A stretch of DNA of 64,000 nt from IMG/VR virus record IMGVR_UViG_3300032268_001383, positions 1 to 64,000 of that record. One strand, written 5' to 3'. The DNA is from a virus. Positions 1 through 10,307 of the stretch are shown in pieces (within the stretch, counting starts at the first letter, position 1; each line of letters begins with the position of its first letter). Made by a program: the position numbers and the translations under genes. The notes under the pieces are model-generated. The model saw only the letters and a program-made list of their open reading frames with translations, was not told where the DNA came from and did not search any database.

Positions 1-183
1 TCTAAGATGGTTGCTGGTGATTCTGCTGAGGCTTCTATTAGACTTGCTGCTGATAATTCATTGGCTACTTTAGTTTCTACTGAAATCTTGGCTGAAAATT
101 CTAAGATGGTTGCTGGTGATTCTTCTGAGGCTTCTATTAGACTTGCAGCTGATAATTCTTTAGCTACTTTGATTTCTGCTGAA
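1..183 (+). repeat. 99-bp-period coding tandem repeat
   Basis: tctaagatggttgctggtgattct..gaggcttctattagacttgc.gctgataattc starts at 1 and again at 100. Confidence 0.85.
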
Positions 184-2193
184 GAATCAGCTAGAGTATC
201 TGGTGACGAATCAGTAAACGCTAAAATCTCTACTAACGAATCAAGAGACCTTTCTGTTGAAGCTCGTATCGCAGCTGAAGAAGTTGCAAGAGAGAACGCT
301 GATGATTCATTAGCTACCCTAATTTCTACTGAAATCGATAATGAGCACTCACATCACGTTTCTGCAGAACTTTCATTGACTAACCTAGTTTCAACTGAGA
401 CTTCTACAAGACTTGCTGCTGATAGTTCATTGACTACATCTATTTCAACTGAGGCTTCTACAAGACTATCTGGTGATGTTTCATTAGAAACTAGATTTAC
501 TAATGAAATCTCTAGTGAGGCTTCTACAAGACTTTCTGTTGACACTTCTTTAGCATCACAAATCACTGAAGAGGCATCTATCAGACTTTCTGCTGATAAT
601 TCTCTTTACACTCAAGTTGCTTCTGTTGCTACAAACTTGTCAACTGAAGAATCTGTAAGAGTTGTTGCTGATGCTTCATTGGCTACTCTAATTTCAAATG
701 AAGCTGCATCTTTAGATACTAAACTTTCTACTGGTGACCTTTCATTAGAAACTAAGTTCAGTTCTGATATGTCAGCTGAGACTTCTGCAAGAATCCTTAA
801 CGATGCGTCATTGAATAGTTCAATCTCTACTGAAGGTAGTTTGAGAGTTGTTGCTGATGTGTCATTCACTAATAGACTTTCTGCTGAAGAATCTAACAGA
901 GTTTCTGGTGATGCTTCTTTAGACACTAAACTTTCTAATGAAACTAGCCGTGCTACTGCAGCTGAAGGTTCATTAGATGTTAAAGTTTCAAATGAAACTC
1001 TACGTGCAGAATCTGCTGAATCTTCATTAGCTGATAAAATCTCTGACGAACTTTCAAGAGCTCAAAGTGCAGAAGGTTCATTAGGTTCATCTATTTCTGT
1101 TGAAAAGGGTCGTATTGATGCTATCCTTGATGGTTCTAATGTTGATTTAGATCAATTCGTAGAAGTTGTTAATTTCATTAACAGCATCGACGTAGTAAAC
1201 GATGATACACTATTGTCTATCGAACTTTCACAGAATGCTAGAGTTTCTGCTGAAGAAGCTAACAGATCATCTGCTGACCTTTCTTTAACAACTAGACTTT
1301 CTAACGAAGAATCAACTAGCACTTCTGCTTATGCTTCACTTACTACAAGAGTATCTGGTGAAGAGTCTAACAGAGATTCTGCTGATACTTCACTTGACGT
1401 TAAATTCTCTGGTGAGATTTCTGACGCTAAAGCTTCTGTTGATACTGTAGTTTCAGCTGAAGGTTCATTCAGATTGTCAGCTGACGAATCATTGACTTCA
1501 AGAGTTTCTGCTGAAGAATCTTCAAGAGTTTCTGGTGATGAATCATTAACAACTAGACTTTCTAACGAAGAAGTTACTACACTTTCTCGTGACAACTCTC
1601 TAGCTGCTTACCTTTCTGCTGAAATCTCTACAGAACACGCACATCACGAATCTGCAGAACTTTCATTGACTTCATTGATCAGCACTGAAATCTCAACTGA
1701 GGCTTCTTATAGAGAAGCTATTGATTATGCATTATCTACTCAACTTAGTACCGAAATTACTGATAGAGTCTATGGTGATACTTCATTGGCTGAATTGATT
1801 TCTACTGAAACCTCAACTGAGGCTTCTGCAAGACTTTCTGCTGATGCTTCATTGGCTGAATTGATTTATGCTGAAATCTCTGCAGAACACGCACATCACG
1901 AATCAGTAGAGAACTCAATTGGCGAAAGAATAAATGCATTCAATCCGGGTCAAATGGAAATGACTGTATCACCAGTTGATGGTGATGACACTACAGTGGA
2001 ATTCAATGCTGATACTAAAGACCTCAATGGTGCCTTTGTATTAGTTCTTATGAACGGTCTTGTACAGTTCCTTGGTGTCGACTATACTTTCGATGCTTCA
2101 GGAAATGGAGGTTTAGGTTCAGTAATGTTCCAGATTGCACCAACAACTGGTTCGAAAATTAACTTCATGATTTTAAGATCACCATCACTTTAA
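1..2193 (+). CDS. Ser/Ala/Glu-rich long coiled-coil fibre protein (5' truncated by window edge)
   Basis: Frame open from base 1; repeated E-x-S-x-R-x-S-(A/G)-D-x-S-L units spaced 11/22/33 aa; C-terminal 'VLMNGLVQ..DYTF..APTTGS' beta domain of a type common in virion proteins; strongly biased codons. Confidence 0.7.
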   Translation, partial: SKMVAGDSAEASIRLAADNSLATLVSTEILAENSKMVAGDSSEASIRLAADNSLATLISAEESARVSGDESVNAKISTNESRDLSVEARIAAEEVARENADDSLATLISTEIDNEHSHHVSAELSLTNLVSTETSTRLAADSSLTTSISTEASTRLSGDVSLETRFTNEISSEASTRLSVDTSLASQITEEASIRLSADNSLYTQVASVATNLSTEESVRVVADASLATLISNEAASLDTKLSTGDLSLETKFSSDMSAETSARILNDASLNSSISTEGSLRVVADVSFTNRLSAEESNRVSGDASLDTKLSNETSRATAAEGSLDVKVSNETLRAESAESSLADKISDELSRAQSAEGSLGSSISVEKGRIDAILDGSNVDLDQFVEVVNFINSIDVVNDDTLLSIELSQNARVSAEEANRSSADLSLTTRLSNEESTSTSAYASLTTRVSGEESNRDSADTSLDVKFSGEISDAKASVDTVVSAEGSFRLSADESLTSRVSAEESSRVSGDESLTTRLSNEEVTTLSRDNSLAAYLSAEISTEHAHHESAELSLTSLISTEISTEASYREAIDYALSTQLSTEITDRVYGDTSLAELISTETSTEASARLSADASLAELIYAEISAEHAHHESVENSIGERINAFNPGQMEMTVSPVDGDDTTVEFNADTKDLNGAFVLVLMNGLVQFLGVDYTFDASGNGGLGSVMFQIAPTTGSKINFMILRSPSL

Positions 2194-2212
2194 TCAGTAT
2201 GGTTTAAATGAT

Positions 2213-2243
2213 AAGGTGAGCTTTTTTAAGCTCACCTTTTTTT
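2213..2243. terminator. intrinsic terminator between convergent genes
   Basis: aaggtgagctt-tttt-aagctcacctt followed by T tract. Confidence 0.85.
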
Positions 2244-2246
2244 ATT

Positions 2247-2999
2247 TTAGTAGTCCCAATGTCCAGCTAGATGACATCTAATATAACCAGGTACTGAAAC
2301 TAAACCACCCAGTTTATATTTTTGTCTTAATTTTCGATTAAACAGGGTATCTTCTGATAATCCCTCTGATTCTCTTCTTATAACATCTTCCCATGAAACA
2401 TCACAACTTCTCCTGTGTGATATAAGAGCTGGTGACATTAATATCTTACCCACCTTAACTCTTGATTGTATCCACTGACTCTCTAATCCCTGAATTTTTA
2501 TCATAGTAGATGGGTCTAATTTCTGGAATGAATCATAGTAGCCATTTGGTTGATTGGCTAATATAAGTTCATTTTCATACCAGGTGTTATTGAATATCCA
2601 TTCTATACCATTAGTGGATTCCCAATATCTTGATAAATTTTCTAAATAATCTGTGAGTATATAATCATCTGAATCCATATAAGTTATAATTTCACCAGAT
2701 GAATTATTTATCCCTATTTGTCTTGGATATCCTCTGTAAAAAATTCCCTCTTCTAATTTTTGATACATCTTTTTTGAATCATCAACCAGGTGAAAAAATT
2801 TTATTCTTGGATTCCCTTTCCAGTTATTTTCCCATTCCACTCTTGTTAAGTCGCAGTTATCTGAAACCAAAACCAATTCAGTATTTTTATTCGTCTGATT
2901 TTCAAAACTTTGAATTGCACGATTCAATTTAAAAAGAGAATCTTTCCTAGAACCGGTATAGTCACCTAGGAAAGATTGCATTATAACACTTATTTTCAA
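2247..2999 (-). CDS. glycosyltransferase family 2 (GT-A)
   Basis: N-terminal KISVIM, 'ELVLVSD', 'GEIITYMDSDD' DxD motif, ED motif; TTG start. Confidence 0.85.
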   Translation of the reverse strand: MKISVIMQSFLGDYTGSRKDSLFKLNRAIQSFENQTNKNTELVLVSDNCDLTRVEWENNWKGNPRIKFFHLVDDSKKMYQKLEEGIFYRGYPRQIGINNSSGEIITYMDSDDYILTDYLENLSRYWESTNGIEWIFNNTWYENELILANQPNGYYDSFQKLDPSTMIKIQGLESQWIQSRVKVGKILMSPALISHRRSCDVSWEDVIRRESEGLSEDTLFNRKLRQKYKLGGLVSVPGYIRCHLAGHWDY

Positions 3000-3006
3000 A
3001 ATTTAA

Positions 3007-4236
3007 TTAATAGTTTTTATATAAATTTGTTTGCCAATCATATTCTAAATTATCTGGATTTCCACCTTTCAAGAGATTAGCAATTAGTTTATCATACATC
3101 TTTATTACATCTTCATTTTCTGCATGATATCTCTGTAATACTAAGTCATTTCTTTCATCATAAGCATCTAAATTCTTATCATGCTCAGTTAGTATATAGT
3201 CAAGTTGTTTAGCTCCCCCTATTGTATCACAAGCTTCATAGTAATAACCTAAGTCTTTACAAAGTGGAGCATTGTGTAGTACTGGATATCCAAGATAGGC
3301 AGCATCTAAATAAAGATAATTCAGTGGATTTAGGAGTTGATGACATATTAGGACATCTAAGTACTGAGTTAGGAAGTAAGCAGTTTGATATCTTGATTCA
3401 GCTGAAACTTTTCCATCCTTGTAAATATCTAATGTTGATATTACAGAGAGGTATTCTTTGTTTTTTGCTACACCCTCTTTTGCGTTTGAAATCATCAGAC
3501 CTGCTATATTATCTTTTCCAATAGATCCTCTATATGATTGTTCTGCAATAAAGGCTGGTATCATAGAAAATTTAACCACATTTATGTTAGGCTCCATTAT
3601 ACCAATCATCTTTTGTTTTTTAGTTGCGTCGTATTTCCAGTTCTTTTTATAATTGCCAGATAAATAACTTTTTTCAACATGTTCTGCACTTTCTCTTAAA
3701 TATCTATCATGCCAAAGAAAAGGAACTGCAAAAGAGTTTGCTCTATAGAGTGTATGGAAGTATCCATAATTTGTATCGTGTTGTTGTGGTACATACCAAA
3801 CTTCATCAAATTCCTTTTCATATTCATAATAGTTTTTACTAACATCTTTGAATAGCATATTCTCTAACGAAATTATATAATTATTTCCACATTTATAGGC
3901 TACCACTTTTTTACTTGGCGATTGACTTTTAAATTTCTTCAATTTCTCATCATGTATTTGGGCACCCATCATAACTATGATGTCCATTTCCATATATCTG
4001 TTATCAAATAATTCAAATTTGAATCCATCTAGATAACTAGGTTTTTTGCTAAAATCTAATTCCGTGGTGTTCAAGATATAAACATCATAATCTTCTTTAG
4101 ATCTTTTTAACATATCTGCGAAGAATAGGACGTTTTGCTTCATACCATTTGACCAAATAGATTCAGTATTTGATTTTAGTGCCAAGGTAATACCAATTTT
4201 AAGCTTGGTGGAAGGTTTTTTAATTTTCGTTTTCAT
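3007..4236 (-). CDS. DUF2827-like putative glycosyltransferase
   Basis: 'SIWSNGMKQN', 'MEPNINVVK', 'NPLNYLYLDAAYLGYPVLHN..GYYY' motifs; likely ATG at 4236 overlaps upstream stop (ATGA). Confidence 0.7.
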   Translation of the reverse strand: MKTKIKKPSTKLKIGITLALKSNTESIWSNGMKQNVLFFADMLKRSKEDYDVYILNTTELDFSKKPSYLDGFKFELFDNRYMEMDIIVMMGAQIHDEKLKKFKSQSPSKKVVAYKCGNNYIISLENMLFKDVSKNYYEYEKEFDEVWYVPQQHDTNYGYFHTLYRANSFAVPFLWHDRYLRESAEHVEKSYLSGNYKKNWKYDATKKQKMIGIMEPNINVVKFSMIPAFIAEQSYRGSIGKDNIAGLMISNAKEGVAKNKEYLSVISTLDIYKDGKVSAESRYQTAYFLTQYLDVLICHQLLNPLNYLYLDAAYLGYPVLHNAPLCKDLGYYYEACDTIGGAKQLDYILTEHDKNLDAYDERNDLVLQRYHAENEDVIKMYDKLIANLLKGGNPDNLEYDWQTNLYKNY

Positions 4237-4805
4237 GAGTGTTGTTGTATATACATTTTTATTATCTTTTCTTTCTCTTCTTCTGTTTCTGCGTTTACCC
4301 AAAGCCAAAGAAAAGTGCCCTCAATTTTTACTAAATTAGTTTTTCTCTTTTCTAAATCTCTCTTAAGTAAACCTAAGTCTTCTTCATCAAGTGAGAATTC
4401 GAGTAGAAGTTTATTAGAAATTTTTATTAAAGACATTAGGTCATTTTTCTCGTAGGCAAATTTTGCTTCTACATATAATTCATTCAAGGTCTTATCATTC
4501 GATTTATCTGGATGACATAGCTTACTTATCTCTTTATAGATTTTCTTTATCTTAGCCTTTTCACTTTCGCTGATTTCATTTACCTCTGATTCTTCACTTT
4601 CTATATTATCTGTTGGCGGTGGTGGGGTGGCTTCACTTTGATTTGTCTTTTGAAAGAATTCTGGAGAGATATCTCTTAGGTGTTTATTGAATTTGGGTCT
4701 ATAATTACTAACAAATTCCTTAGAGTAATTCTCATCCATTTCAATTAATTCGATTTCCAGAATCAATTTTTTAAGTTCAAGACTTTTAAGTTTTTCCATA
4801 TTCAT
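4233..4805 (-). CDS. J-domain-containing protein
   Basis: 'IKKIYKEISKLCHPDK' HPD motif, AYE helix. Confidence 0.7.
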   Translation of the reverse strand: MNMEKLKSLELKKLILEIELIEMDENYSKEFVSNYRPKFNKHLRDISPEFFQKTNQSEATPPPPTDNIESEESEVNEISESEKAKIKKIYKEISKLCHPDKSNDKTLNELYVEAKFAYEKNDLMSLIKISNKLLLEFSLDEEDLGLLKRDLEKRKTNLVKIEGTFLWLWVNAETEEEKEKIIKMYIQQHS

Positions 4806-4876
4806 TATATATTCAAATCGGAGTTTGATAGAATTACGAATATCGAAATTTTAAAAAAAAACGAAGCATAATTTTT

Positions 4877-5476
4877 TTAAATTATTTGAATAATTTGTGG
4901 TACGGTATCTGTTTCAAGTACCTTAGATTTATCCAAAATAAATTCAACATCTATAAAATTAAATTTGAAAGTGACAGTGAATTCTTTTGAATTAGTTTTT
5001 TGTTGAGAGTAATCAAATGTGTTATCGCTCAACGAAATTGCAATTATTTCAAAAAATTTAATTCGATAAATTGCATCTCTCCAAATATCAACTGCTGTTA
5101 ATAGAAAGGGGTTTATATATAAATTTACTACATCAAGATAGTGTTTACTGAAAATATCATAGGCCAACCAATAATTTAAATCTGAGTCAACAGATCTGAA
5201 TGTTACTGTAAATTCATGTGATGTAACTATATCCTGTACATTCTTCGAAGGTTTATAGGCCCTTACCTTACCTCTGATTAGATTTTGTTCAGGGGTATCA
5301 ATTGAAATACCTGGAAAGCTTACTGATTTTATAGTAGAATTTAGATAGTCTAACACAGTGTCATATTGAACCCAATTTTTTTCCAAAATTGGCTTATAGG
5401 TATTTAATATCTGCTGTGGTATGAAATCTGATGGTAGATTAAATACAAACTGTGAGGATTGACTAGATAAACGGAT
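4877..5476 (-). CDS. tail tube/terminator-like virion protein, probable non-ATG (ATC) start
   Basis: 'IKSVSFPGISID..F.VTFRSVD..NYW..F.VTFKF' pattern resembles T4 gp19/gp3-type proteins; frame open to TAA at 5486-5488. Confidence 0.5.
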   Translation of the reverse strand: MRLSSQSSQFVFNLPSDFIPQQILNTYKPILEKNWVQYDTVLDYLNSTIKSVSFPGISIDTPEQNLIRGKVRAYKPSKNVQDIVTSHEFTVTFRSVDSDLNYWLAYDIFSKHYLDVVNLYINPFLLTAVDIWRDAIYRIKFFEIIAISLSDNTFDYSQQKTNSKEFTVTFKFNFIDVEFILDKSKVLETDTVPQIIQII

Positions 5477-5536
5477 AAACTTTGATTAATTTTTTTTTAC
5501 TGATTTATTCAGTTCTATTTTATTATATATTTAATT

Positions 5537-7729
5537 TTATTGGACATCTAAAAATGATGTTTGTATTGATTCTAATTTTTCTTTATCAGCAGGTGTTTTT
5601 ATATATTTAGATTTTAATTTATCTTCCAGTGTATTCAATTTATCCAAAAATTTATTAAATGAATATAGTCCATCTGATTTAAATGATAATTGATTTGGTA
5701 AACTTACCAAGACAAGCGTTTCTTTAAGTTGTAGATTTGTCCAAAGGTATCCATTAATAATCAAATTTGATTTTGAATCAATTGTATACGTTTTATTTCT
5801 AATCTTTGTACTCGACTCTACAGACGTTGAATTATCCCTCTGTGTAGAAGCCGTAAGTCCAGTCGTTGATGATGTCCTAGTTCTTGTGGCTATTGCTGTT
5901 TGTTGTTCAGATAATTCTGGGTCTGGAATAATTCTTGACTCTGTATTAATACTTTCTGACTGAGCCAGAGAAGCTTTATTTTTAAGATTGGTTATATTTT
6001 CAATTGTATCAAAAATTGTAAATATACCAGAATATATCACAACTGTTCCACTGTCTGTTGTGCTAGTAACATAAAAGACGTTGAATCCTGTTTGGTATAT
6101 TTTTTTAATATCCGACATTTTAGAGGCAGGAATCTTGAATACTACTACCCCATTAGCTAAATCTACTTCATTTGAGCCAAAATATAAAGTCGTTTCAAAG
6201 CTAATTTTATCGTTTTTCATGACTAATTTTATTTCACCCATGCCTGTTAAGTCCATATATGAAGGGGCTGCTACAATTTGATTGGGTGCCCTTAGCGTTG
6301 ATGCTGTTGTGGGTTGAGTTACATCTTGAGCGATTTTGAACTGCAAAACATTATCAAAGGGTTGTAGAATGATTTCCAATTTACCAAGTCCATAGAATGT
6401 GTTCTTTCCAACAATTACATTGTCGCTTTTAGCAACAACACTAAACATATTAGTTAGTACAGCATAATTAACTCTAACTACTTCAACTTTAATTTGGCTA
6501 TTTTGTAAATTGTCTAGGGTAGTGGTTGGTTCAGTTGTTGGTTTGCCTTTATTAATTCTCTGTTTTGAATTACCAAAAATACCTGCGCCCTCAGCTGACT
6601 TTATGTTATAGATCTTTGGCTTAGCAGCATTAGCAATATTAATCTTTGTTAAGTTAAGGCTATATTTTGCCACCTCATCTTGTAATAATCCATAAGAGGA
6701 TTTTCTGTATATAGATGAGTTATCTACAGCATCTATCATATTCATTTCGACATCAATAATTGCTGTTGTTGTCGAGAATTTTATTATAGGTCGATATTCA
6801 ACTTTTTCATTAAAATTATCGGTGATTGTGATTGTAAAAGATTTACCTCTAATATTTTGTTCATAGAGTGTTACTGTGTAATTGACATAATACCTATTGC
6901 CATTTGAAATGGATGATTGTATAAAGTTATCAAATTGGTTGATATCACCATTAAAAGTACCAAATATTTCAAAATAATCCCCAAAACTGGACGCTTCAAT
7001 TTTAACACCTATATTCTCGAAGTCCGGTGCTTGTGGCACACTTGTACTTGTCTTAGCTGTAAGATTATAAGTTGTTACTCCATTTACAGCTCTTTTTTGT
7101 GTTATAAAATGAAAGTCAATGAATACGGGTGATGTTTGACTTAAACCAAATCCATTAGTTAGATTAGCATTAATAGAATTTGTCTTGGTACCTGTACCCA
7201 CTCTTTGTCTTGAAACTGTATAGGCAGATGGTACTAAAATCTGAATATTTTTACCCCAAAGTTTTTCTTGTAGGTAAAAAGGCGGTGAGGTATAATTCAA
7301 TAAATATGCCTGGCTTATGTTAGATGTATCAAAAAAGAAACTTGATAGTGTATAGGGTACTTTATTGATAAAGTCAAACGTGTATATCTTTACATAAAAT
7401 CCTAAATATTCCCCGAAAGTATAATTTATAGGTAGATGAACTTTAAGTGTGTCGTGTCTAACCGGAAAACCAGATGAGTAATCTTTTAGTTGTAAGAAAC
7501 CATAAGTGTCTGTGTTCAATAATCCATAATTATTTGTGACTGGATCTAACTGAATTAGCTGATTCCCGGGTTCATTGTTTGTAATAGATGATGAAGCAGA
7601 TAGGTATGAAAGTGAATTATCTCTTAGGTTTTGTAATATTTTATAAGATTCACTTATATTGTTACCATCGTCATAAATATATTCTAATAATATGTCTTTA
7701 TTGGGCTTTACATATTTCGAAACTCTCAT
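5537..7729 (-). CDS. large hypothetical, probably virion structural protein
   Basis: 730 aa, beta-rich N/T/S/Y composition, ATATATA motif upstream. Confidence 0.55.
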   Translation of the reverse strand: MRVSKYVKPNKDILLEYIYDDGNNISESYKILQNLRDNSLSYLSASSSITNNEPGNQLIQLDPVTNNYGLLNTDTYGFLQLKDYSSGFPVRHDTLKVHLPINYTFGEYLGFYVKIYTFDFINKVPYTLSSFFFDTSNISQAYLLNYTSPPFYLQEKLWGKNIQILVPSAYTVSRQRVGTGTKTNSINANLTNGFGLSQTSPVFIDFHFITQKRAVNGVTTYNLTAKTSTSVPQAPDFENIGVKIEASSFGDYFEIFGTFNGDINQFDNFIQSSISNGNRYYVNYTVTLYEQNIRGKSFTITITDNFNEKVEYRPIIKFSTTTAIIDVEMNMIDAVDNSSIYRKSSYGLLQDEVAKYSLNLTKINIANAAKPKIYNIKSAEGAGIFGNSKQRINKGKPTTEPTTTLDNLQNSQIKVEVVRVNYAVLTNMFSVVAKSDNVIVGKNTFYGLGKLEIILQPFDNVLQFKIAQDVTQPTTASTLRAPNQIVAAPSYMDLTGMGEIKLVMKNDKISFETTLYFGSNEVDLANGVVVFKIPASKMSDIKKIYQTGFNVFYVTSTTDSGTVVIYSGIFTIFDTIENITNLKNKASLAQSESINTESRIIPDPELSEQQTAIATRTRTSSTTGLTASTQRDNSTSVESSTKIRNKTYTIDSKSNLIINGYLWTNLQLKETLVLVSLPNQLSFKSDGLYSFNKFLDKLNTLEDKLKSKYIKTPADKEKLESIQTSFLDVQ

Positions 7730-7759
7730 TCTGTAAAAAAAATTTATTTTATATATAAA

Positions 7760-7791
7760 AAATAAACCCTCTTCATTGAGAGGGTTTATTT
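7760..7791. terminator. intrinsic terminator
   Basis: aaataaaccctct-tcattg-agagggtttattt. Confidence 0.8.
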
Positions 7792-7796
7792 AGTAT

Positions 7797-8189
7797 TTAG
7801 TTTTGTAAGTTGGAATGAATCTGATTTACAATTTCATCATCTGATAATTCAGGATAACGATCTTTGATAGTCTTATATAAATTTTCCTCATCCTTTTTGA
7901 GTTTCTCCATTTCTTTGTTAATATTGGATACCTTTCTCTGTAGTTTTTTTTCTTCAGACTCAATTTCTTCTATACTTTTAATTAGTTCTTCAGAAACAAC
8001 TCTAATGTCATCTTTGTTTTTAATGTTTTTTACTTTATTCTTGTTATACTCCTCCAATTCTACGATTTTTTTTTTCAAAAAATTCATAATATTTCTGATA
8101 TCATCCTGATATTTTGATAGTTCAACATTAAGTTTCAAAAAATTTCTTCTGATGAGTTGAGCGCTTTGAATTATTTGAATGTCAATCAT
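7797..8189 (-). CDS. coiled-coil hypothetical protein
   Basis: 130-aa K/E-rich ORF overlapping the upstream gene's stop. Confidence 0.65.
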   Translation of the reverse strand: MIDIQIIQSAQLIRRNFLKLNVELSKYQDDIRNIMNFLKKKIVELEEYNKNKVKNIKNKDDIRVVSEELIKSIEEIESEEKKLQRKVSNINKEMEKLKKDEENLYKTIKDRYPELSDDEIVNQIHSNLQN

Positions 8190-9057
8190 TTGTATTTAGT
8201 GTTTTTTTTGTTCTTGTTCTTCTTGGACTTTTTGCTGGTTTTGCAGTGTCTTTGATTTTTTCGGAAAATTTCTCATCATAAACTATTTTTTTGATTTCAC
8301 TCACTATTTTATCCCTAATAATGCTGGGATTTTGAAGTATACCATTCGTGAATTCATCAGCTAAAAATTCTATGATAGAGGTATTATAGGAGTCTTCCAT
8401 CATTTCTATAAAATCTGCTCTTGGTATTTTATCCTCAATATCAAAGTTTACTTTGAAGTCAGTGTTCCTTTTGACATTCTTAAACATAGAAATAATTGGA
8501 TCGAATTCTTGATTTAGATTCGGATTAACCCCTTGTTTAATATCATCCGTTTCATAATTTTTTCTAGCTTCTACTCTTATAATATTTTCTTCGTCAACTT
8601 CTACACTTGGTTCTTTTAGAAGTGATTCAAACTTTTCTATTTGCTTTTGAGCTTCAATCTGAGAATTATTTAATTGTGCCTTTTGATTTTTTATACCATA
8701 CTTTCTCATCAATTCTTCTTTCTCTACTTCTGGATCAGATGGTAGAATCGCTAAGTCCTCGAATTCGGGTCTAAAAGTTGGATCCTGAATAGACTCATTT
8801 ACAAGTTTTTTTTCTTCAGCTGTCATCTTTGATAGGACATCATCTGGTATTTGTCTTATTTTTTGTGCAAATGTTTGGAGCAATGATTGATTTCTGAAGA
8901 AGTCCGATGGATCGATGTATTCTTCATAGTAGGATTTATTCATCAATTTAGTTGCGCTTAATTTTGAATTATCATCCAAAATTATGATATCTTCAAACAT
9001 ATCTTTTACTTCAACTACTCTGCCATTTAATAGGTTCGTAAATTTTTTTCCAATCAT
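8182..9057 (-). CDS. hypothetical protein
   Basis: 291-aa ORF, A-rich initiation region. Confidence 0.7.
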   Translation of the reverse strand: MIGKKFTNLLNGRVVEVKDMFEDIIILDDNSKLSATKLMNKSYYEEYIDPSDFFRNQSLLQTFAQKIRQIPDDVLSKMTAEEKKLVNESIQDPTFRPEFEDLAILPSDPEVEKEELMRKYGIKNQKAQLNNSQIEAQKQIEKFESLLKEPSVEVDEENIIRVEARKNYETDDIKQGVNPNLNQEFDPIISMFKNVKRNTDFKVNFDIEDKIPRADFIEMMEDSYNTSIIEFLADEFTNGILQNPSIIRDKIVSEIKKIVYDEKFSEKIKDTAKPAKSPRRTRTKKTLNTND

Positions 9058-9099
9058 TATTTTTTTTTATTTTATATTATATATCATTTCTGATGTTTA

Positions 9100-9131
9100 A
9101 AAAAACTCACCTTATTGAGGTGAGTTTTTTT
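9100..9131 (-). terminator. intrinsic terminator downstream of SSB
   Basis: A-tract-ctcacct-tattg-aggtgag-T-tract. Confidence 0.85.
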
Positions 9132-9141
9132 AGAAATTAAA

Positions 9142-10107
9142 TTAGGCAAAATCTGCAAAGAAATCGTCCTCATCGACATCACTGGTAACAACTCCAGCTG
9201 CAGTTGACACCTCATCAAAACTGAAATCCTCTGATGTTGCCCCCTTAGTCTGCTGAGAAGCCGTGTTGAAAGAAGTAGAAGCTTTTCCAGTCAAGTAAGC
9301 TGTAATCTCATTGATTTTAGCTTGTTGTTCCTCAGTCAATCTCTTAGGTGCAAATTCTTCAAGTTCGTGTTCGCGCTTCATTAAGAATTCGGCTACCATA
9401 GTGTGTGCTTTAGAGTCAATTTTACCATTCGATACTGGGGCATTTTTAAATACACCTTTATCTTCGAAGTAAACCGGAACAGAAGAAATTTCAGGTCTAA
9501 ACATAGAGTTTTTGTAATCTGGATATGTCTCATCACCAGTTGATATTTCTTTCACGAGAACTACAAAATCTTTACCTACTGCTAAGTCAAAAACGTTACA
9601 AGATACACCAGAAATCTCACCATTCTTTTCTGCTTGAATTTTGTCTTTAATTGTTTTTCCATATTGGAAAATCATAATTTTACCCACTAATTCCGGTTGT
9701 TGCTCATCTTCTACAATCAAAACATACGAGTAATACTTTTTAGAGTATTTCAAACATTTTGCTTTTTCATGAAGAACTGCATTCTTAGAATTTGTCATGT
9801 TGTAATACAAATCAGTGAGTGGGCATTTCTCATTGAAATTTTTTGCTGAATCAAACCATCCTGAAAGTTCTTTCACATTTTTGATGTCAACATAGTGGGT
9901 AATTTTTTCGATTGCTGCTTGTCCAACTAATTTATCTTTAGTAAAGTTTGGAAGAAAACGTATCACTGAACGATAACCTTTCTTCTTATCTTTTGCTTTA
10001 GATAAATCAATTCGGTAAATGCCGTCTGAATTTACTTGTTTTCTTTCGTTAAGAAAGTCCATTTTGCTGTCTAATTCGCCGCTGAATAAATCATTAAAAT
10101 CTGTCAT
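9142..10107 (-). CDS. gp32: T4 gp32-like single-stranded DNA-binding protein
   Basis: 'VIRFLP', 'YYSYVLIVED..P...GKIMIFQYGKTIKDKI', 'YPDYKNSMF', acidic tail DEDDFFADFA. Confidence 0.85.
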   Translation of the reverse strand: MTDFNDLFSGELDSKMDFLNERKQVNSDGIYRIDLSKAKDKKKGYRSVIRFLPNFTKDKLVGQAAIEKITHYVDIKNVKELSGWFDSAKNFNEKCPLTDLYYNMTNSKNAVLHEKAKCLKYSKKYYSYVLIVEDEQQPELVGKIMIFQYGKTIKDKIQAEKNGEISGVSCNVFDLAVGKDFVVLVKEISTGDETYPDYKNSMFRPEISSVPVYFEDKGVFKNAPVSNGKIDSKAHTMVAEFLMKREHELEEFAPKRLTEEQQAKINEITAYLTGKASTSFNTASQQTKGATSEDFSFDEVSTAAGVVTSDVDEDDFFADFA

Positions 10108-10307
10108 AATTGCTTTAAATTTTTTTTTTGTTAATTTTCAAATAGTTAATTTGATATAAATTATATCGAATTTTATTATAAAGTTTAGATTTTTTTCCTT
10201 ATATTTACTACTAAATTTTATTCATTTTACCGTCTTTAGAATAAACAATTTCTTGATTAAATGTACTGGTTTTGATTCCATAAATAAATAGTAATTTTTT
10301 AAATACT

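Noticed and set aside
354-1595. Antisense ORFs inside the fibre gene
   Set aside because: Shadow frames caused by repetitive, biased codon usage
4237-4308. Basic N-terminal extension of the DUF2827-like ORF
   Set aside because: Lies inside the upstream gene; ATGA-coupled start at 4236 is more plausible
10222-10281. 19-codon ORF (MESKPVH...) upstream of gp32
   Set aside because: Too short, with no supporting evidence
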